Positions 9,242 through 10,241 of a DNA stretch of 10,241 nt are shown one piece after another. The notes beneath the pieces are model-generated. The model saw nothing but the letters and a program-made list of their open reading frames with translations, made no database searches and was not told the DNA's origin. The position numbers and the translations under genes were made by a program. Position 1 is the stretch's first letter. Each line of letters opens with the position of its first letter. Origin of the DNA: a bacterium (lineage in GTDB: Bacteria > Zhuqueibacterota > Zhuqueibacteria > Oceanimicrobiales > Oceanimicrobiaceae); assembly GCA_046758365.1 (NCBI GenBank), contig JBHIAC010000121.1, forward strand, positions 1-10,241, written 5' to 3'.

Positions 9242-9269
9242 AAAATAAAAATTTTATCATTAAAATCAA
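9242..9269 (-). promoter_or_regulatory. Putative sigma70-type promoter for nadB
   Basis: On the minus strand: TTGATT (9269-9264), 16 nt, TATTTT (9247-9242). The AT-rich context makes a chance match plausible. Confidence 0.35.
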
Positions 9270-9335
9270 TTTAAATTTTTAAAAACATTCGGAAAGCAGT
9301 GAGCAGACTAATAAATTAGGGATTAGATAATAAAC

Positions 9336-9364
9336 TTGCATTTTGCTTTAATTAAATTTAAATT
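9336..9364 (+). promoter_or_regulatory. Putative sigma70-type promoter for the Nudix gene
   Basis: TTGCAT (9336-9341), 17 nt, TAAATT (9359-9364). ATG 9370 follows 5 nt later with no SD site. Confidence 0.4.
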
Positions 9365-9369
9365 TTATT

Positions 9370-9978
9370 ATGCTGCTAAAACCAGAAGAAATTAAAAAAA
9401 TCATAGACTTAGTTCTAAAGCGTTGGAAAATCAAGCAGGGGTTTGTGCCATCCGCAGTATTAATGATCTTCTTTAATAAGAAAAATCAAACTCACTTGGT
9501 TTATATCCGCCGTACTAAAGGTATGAATTTACACAGTGGTCAAATGGCCTTTCCAGGTGGTAAAATCGATCCAGAGGATGAATCAAGTTATGCCACGGCG
9601 GTTCGTGAGACTTTTGAGGAAATCGGGGTTGATGCGCATCTGTGTACTTATTTGGGCAAGATGGGTTTTTTTGAGACTTTGACTTCTGGCTATGATGCAG
9701 CGGTGCATTTAGTCTGGTGTCCTGAACCACAAAAATATAAAATTAACCAAAATGAAGTAGCTGAAGTTGTAGAAATACCCGTAGCAACTTTGTTGGAACA
9801 ATTTCAACCAGATTTGGATTTTGATAATCCACAAGAGATCATGTATCTAAATTTTCGTTATCAGCTTAAAACTACTTCTGAGGTAGTTATCCTCTGGGGG
9901 CTTACCGCAAGAATTACCCACCATTTTATGCAAGGTCTTTCGGAGTTCTTTAGAATATTTAAAAGAAATAGCCGATAA
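9370..9978 (+). CDS. Nudix hydrolase, CoA pyrophosphatase (NudL/Pcd1-like) subfamily
   Basis: SAVL motif, subfamily signature R.....HSGQMAFPGG, intact Nudix box GGKIDPEDESSYATAVRETFEEIG, and downstream EVAEV and LWGLTARI. Confidence 0.88.
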   Translation: MLLKPEEIKKIIDLVLKRWKIKQGFVPSAVLMIFFNKKNQTHLVYIRRTKGMNLHSGQMAFPGGKIDPEDESSYATAVRETFEEIGVDAHLCTYLGKMGFFETLTSGYDAAVHLVWCPEPQKYKINQNEVAEVVEIPVATLLEQFQPDLDFDNPQEIMYLNFRYQLKTTSEVVILWGLTARITHHFMQGLSEFFRIFKRNSR

Positions 9979-10241
9979 TATATAAAAAACATTAGCAATT
10001 ATAAAACTCGCTATTTTTGATGTCGAAAAATATGTTATTATTGAAAATTTTCTTTCTTTTCTATAAAACTTAGCAAAATTTGTAAAATAGTAAAATGGAA
10101 TTAACATATTCAATTTTTTTCAATAATTCAACAATGTTAATGAGTTTTCCTAAGTTATTGTAATAATTAATTTTAAAATATAGTAAGATTCTATTTTAAG
10201 CTTGATTTTGGACTAAATTATTTGGAAATTATCCAGTTATC

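Noticed and set aside
9370..9978. Nudix gene divergent from nadB as an NrtR-type NAD regulator
   Set aside because: It has the CoA-pyrophosphatase signature (HSGQMAFPGG, WGLTA), an intact catalytic box and no C-terminal winged-helix domain.
477..10113. Short overlapping or antisense ORFs in the track (e.g. 477-677, 2223-2447, 2700-2993, 3022-3306, 4270-4584, 5197-5410, 6344-6565, 9515-9730, 9847-10113)
   Set aside because: They are shadows of well-supported genes or AT-rich spacer, with no recognisable motifs.
10147..10163. TTCCTAAGTTATT, similar to TTCCTAAGATTATT at 2227-2240, as a shared or IHF-like site
   Set aside because: The match is gapped and AT-rich, with a poor fit to the IHF consensus, so it cannot be distinguished from chance.

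Overview
AT-rich bacterial chromosomal window with six intact protein-coding genes: ggt (+), uvrA (+), a membrane-anchored alpha/beta hydrolase (+), a patatin-like phospholipase (+), nadB (-) and a divergently transcribed CoA-pyrophosphatase-type Nudix hydrolase (+). I see no rRNA, tRNA, CRISPR array, transposase or integrase. The genes are mostly housekeeping or metabolic. The unusual signal is intergenic: several spacers carry short degenerate tandem arrays with 7-nt or 8-nt periodicity. The clearest is at 9-166, where an octamer array (ATTGNNNN x4) faces its reverse complement (NNAACAAT x4) across a 44-nt core, next to a heptamer array. Others lie at 2164-2191 and 5135-5197 (running through the uvrA stop), with weaker ones at 9294-9328 and 10072-10135. 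They may be remnants or empty sites of a repeat-flanked, hairpin-forming cassette or dispersed repeat system, but that interpretation is inference and needs genome-wide testing.
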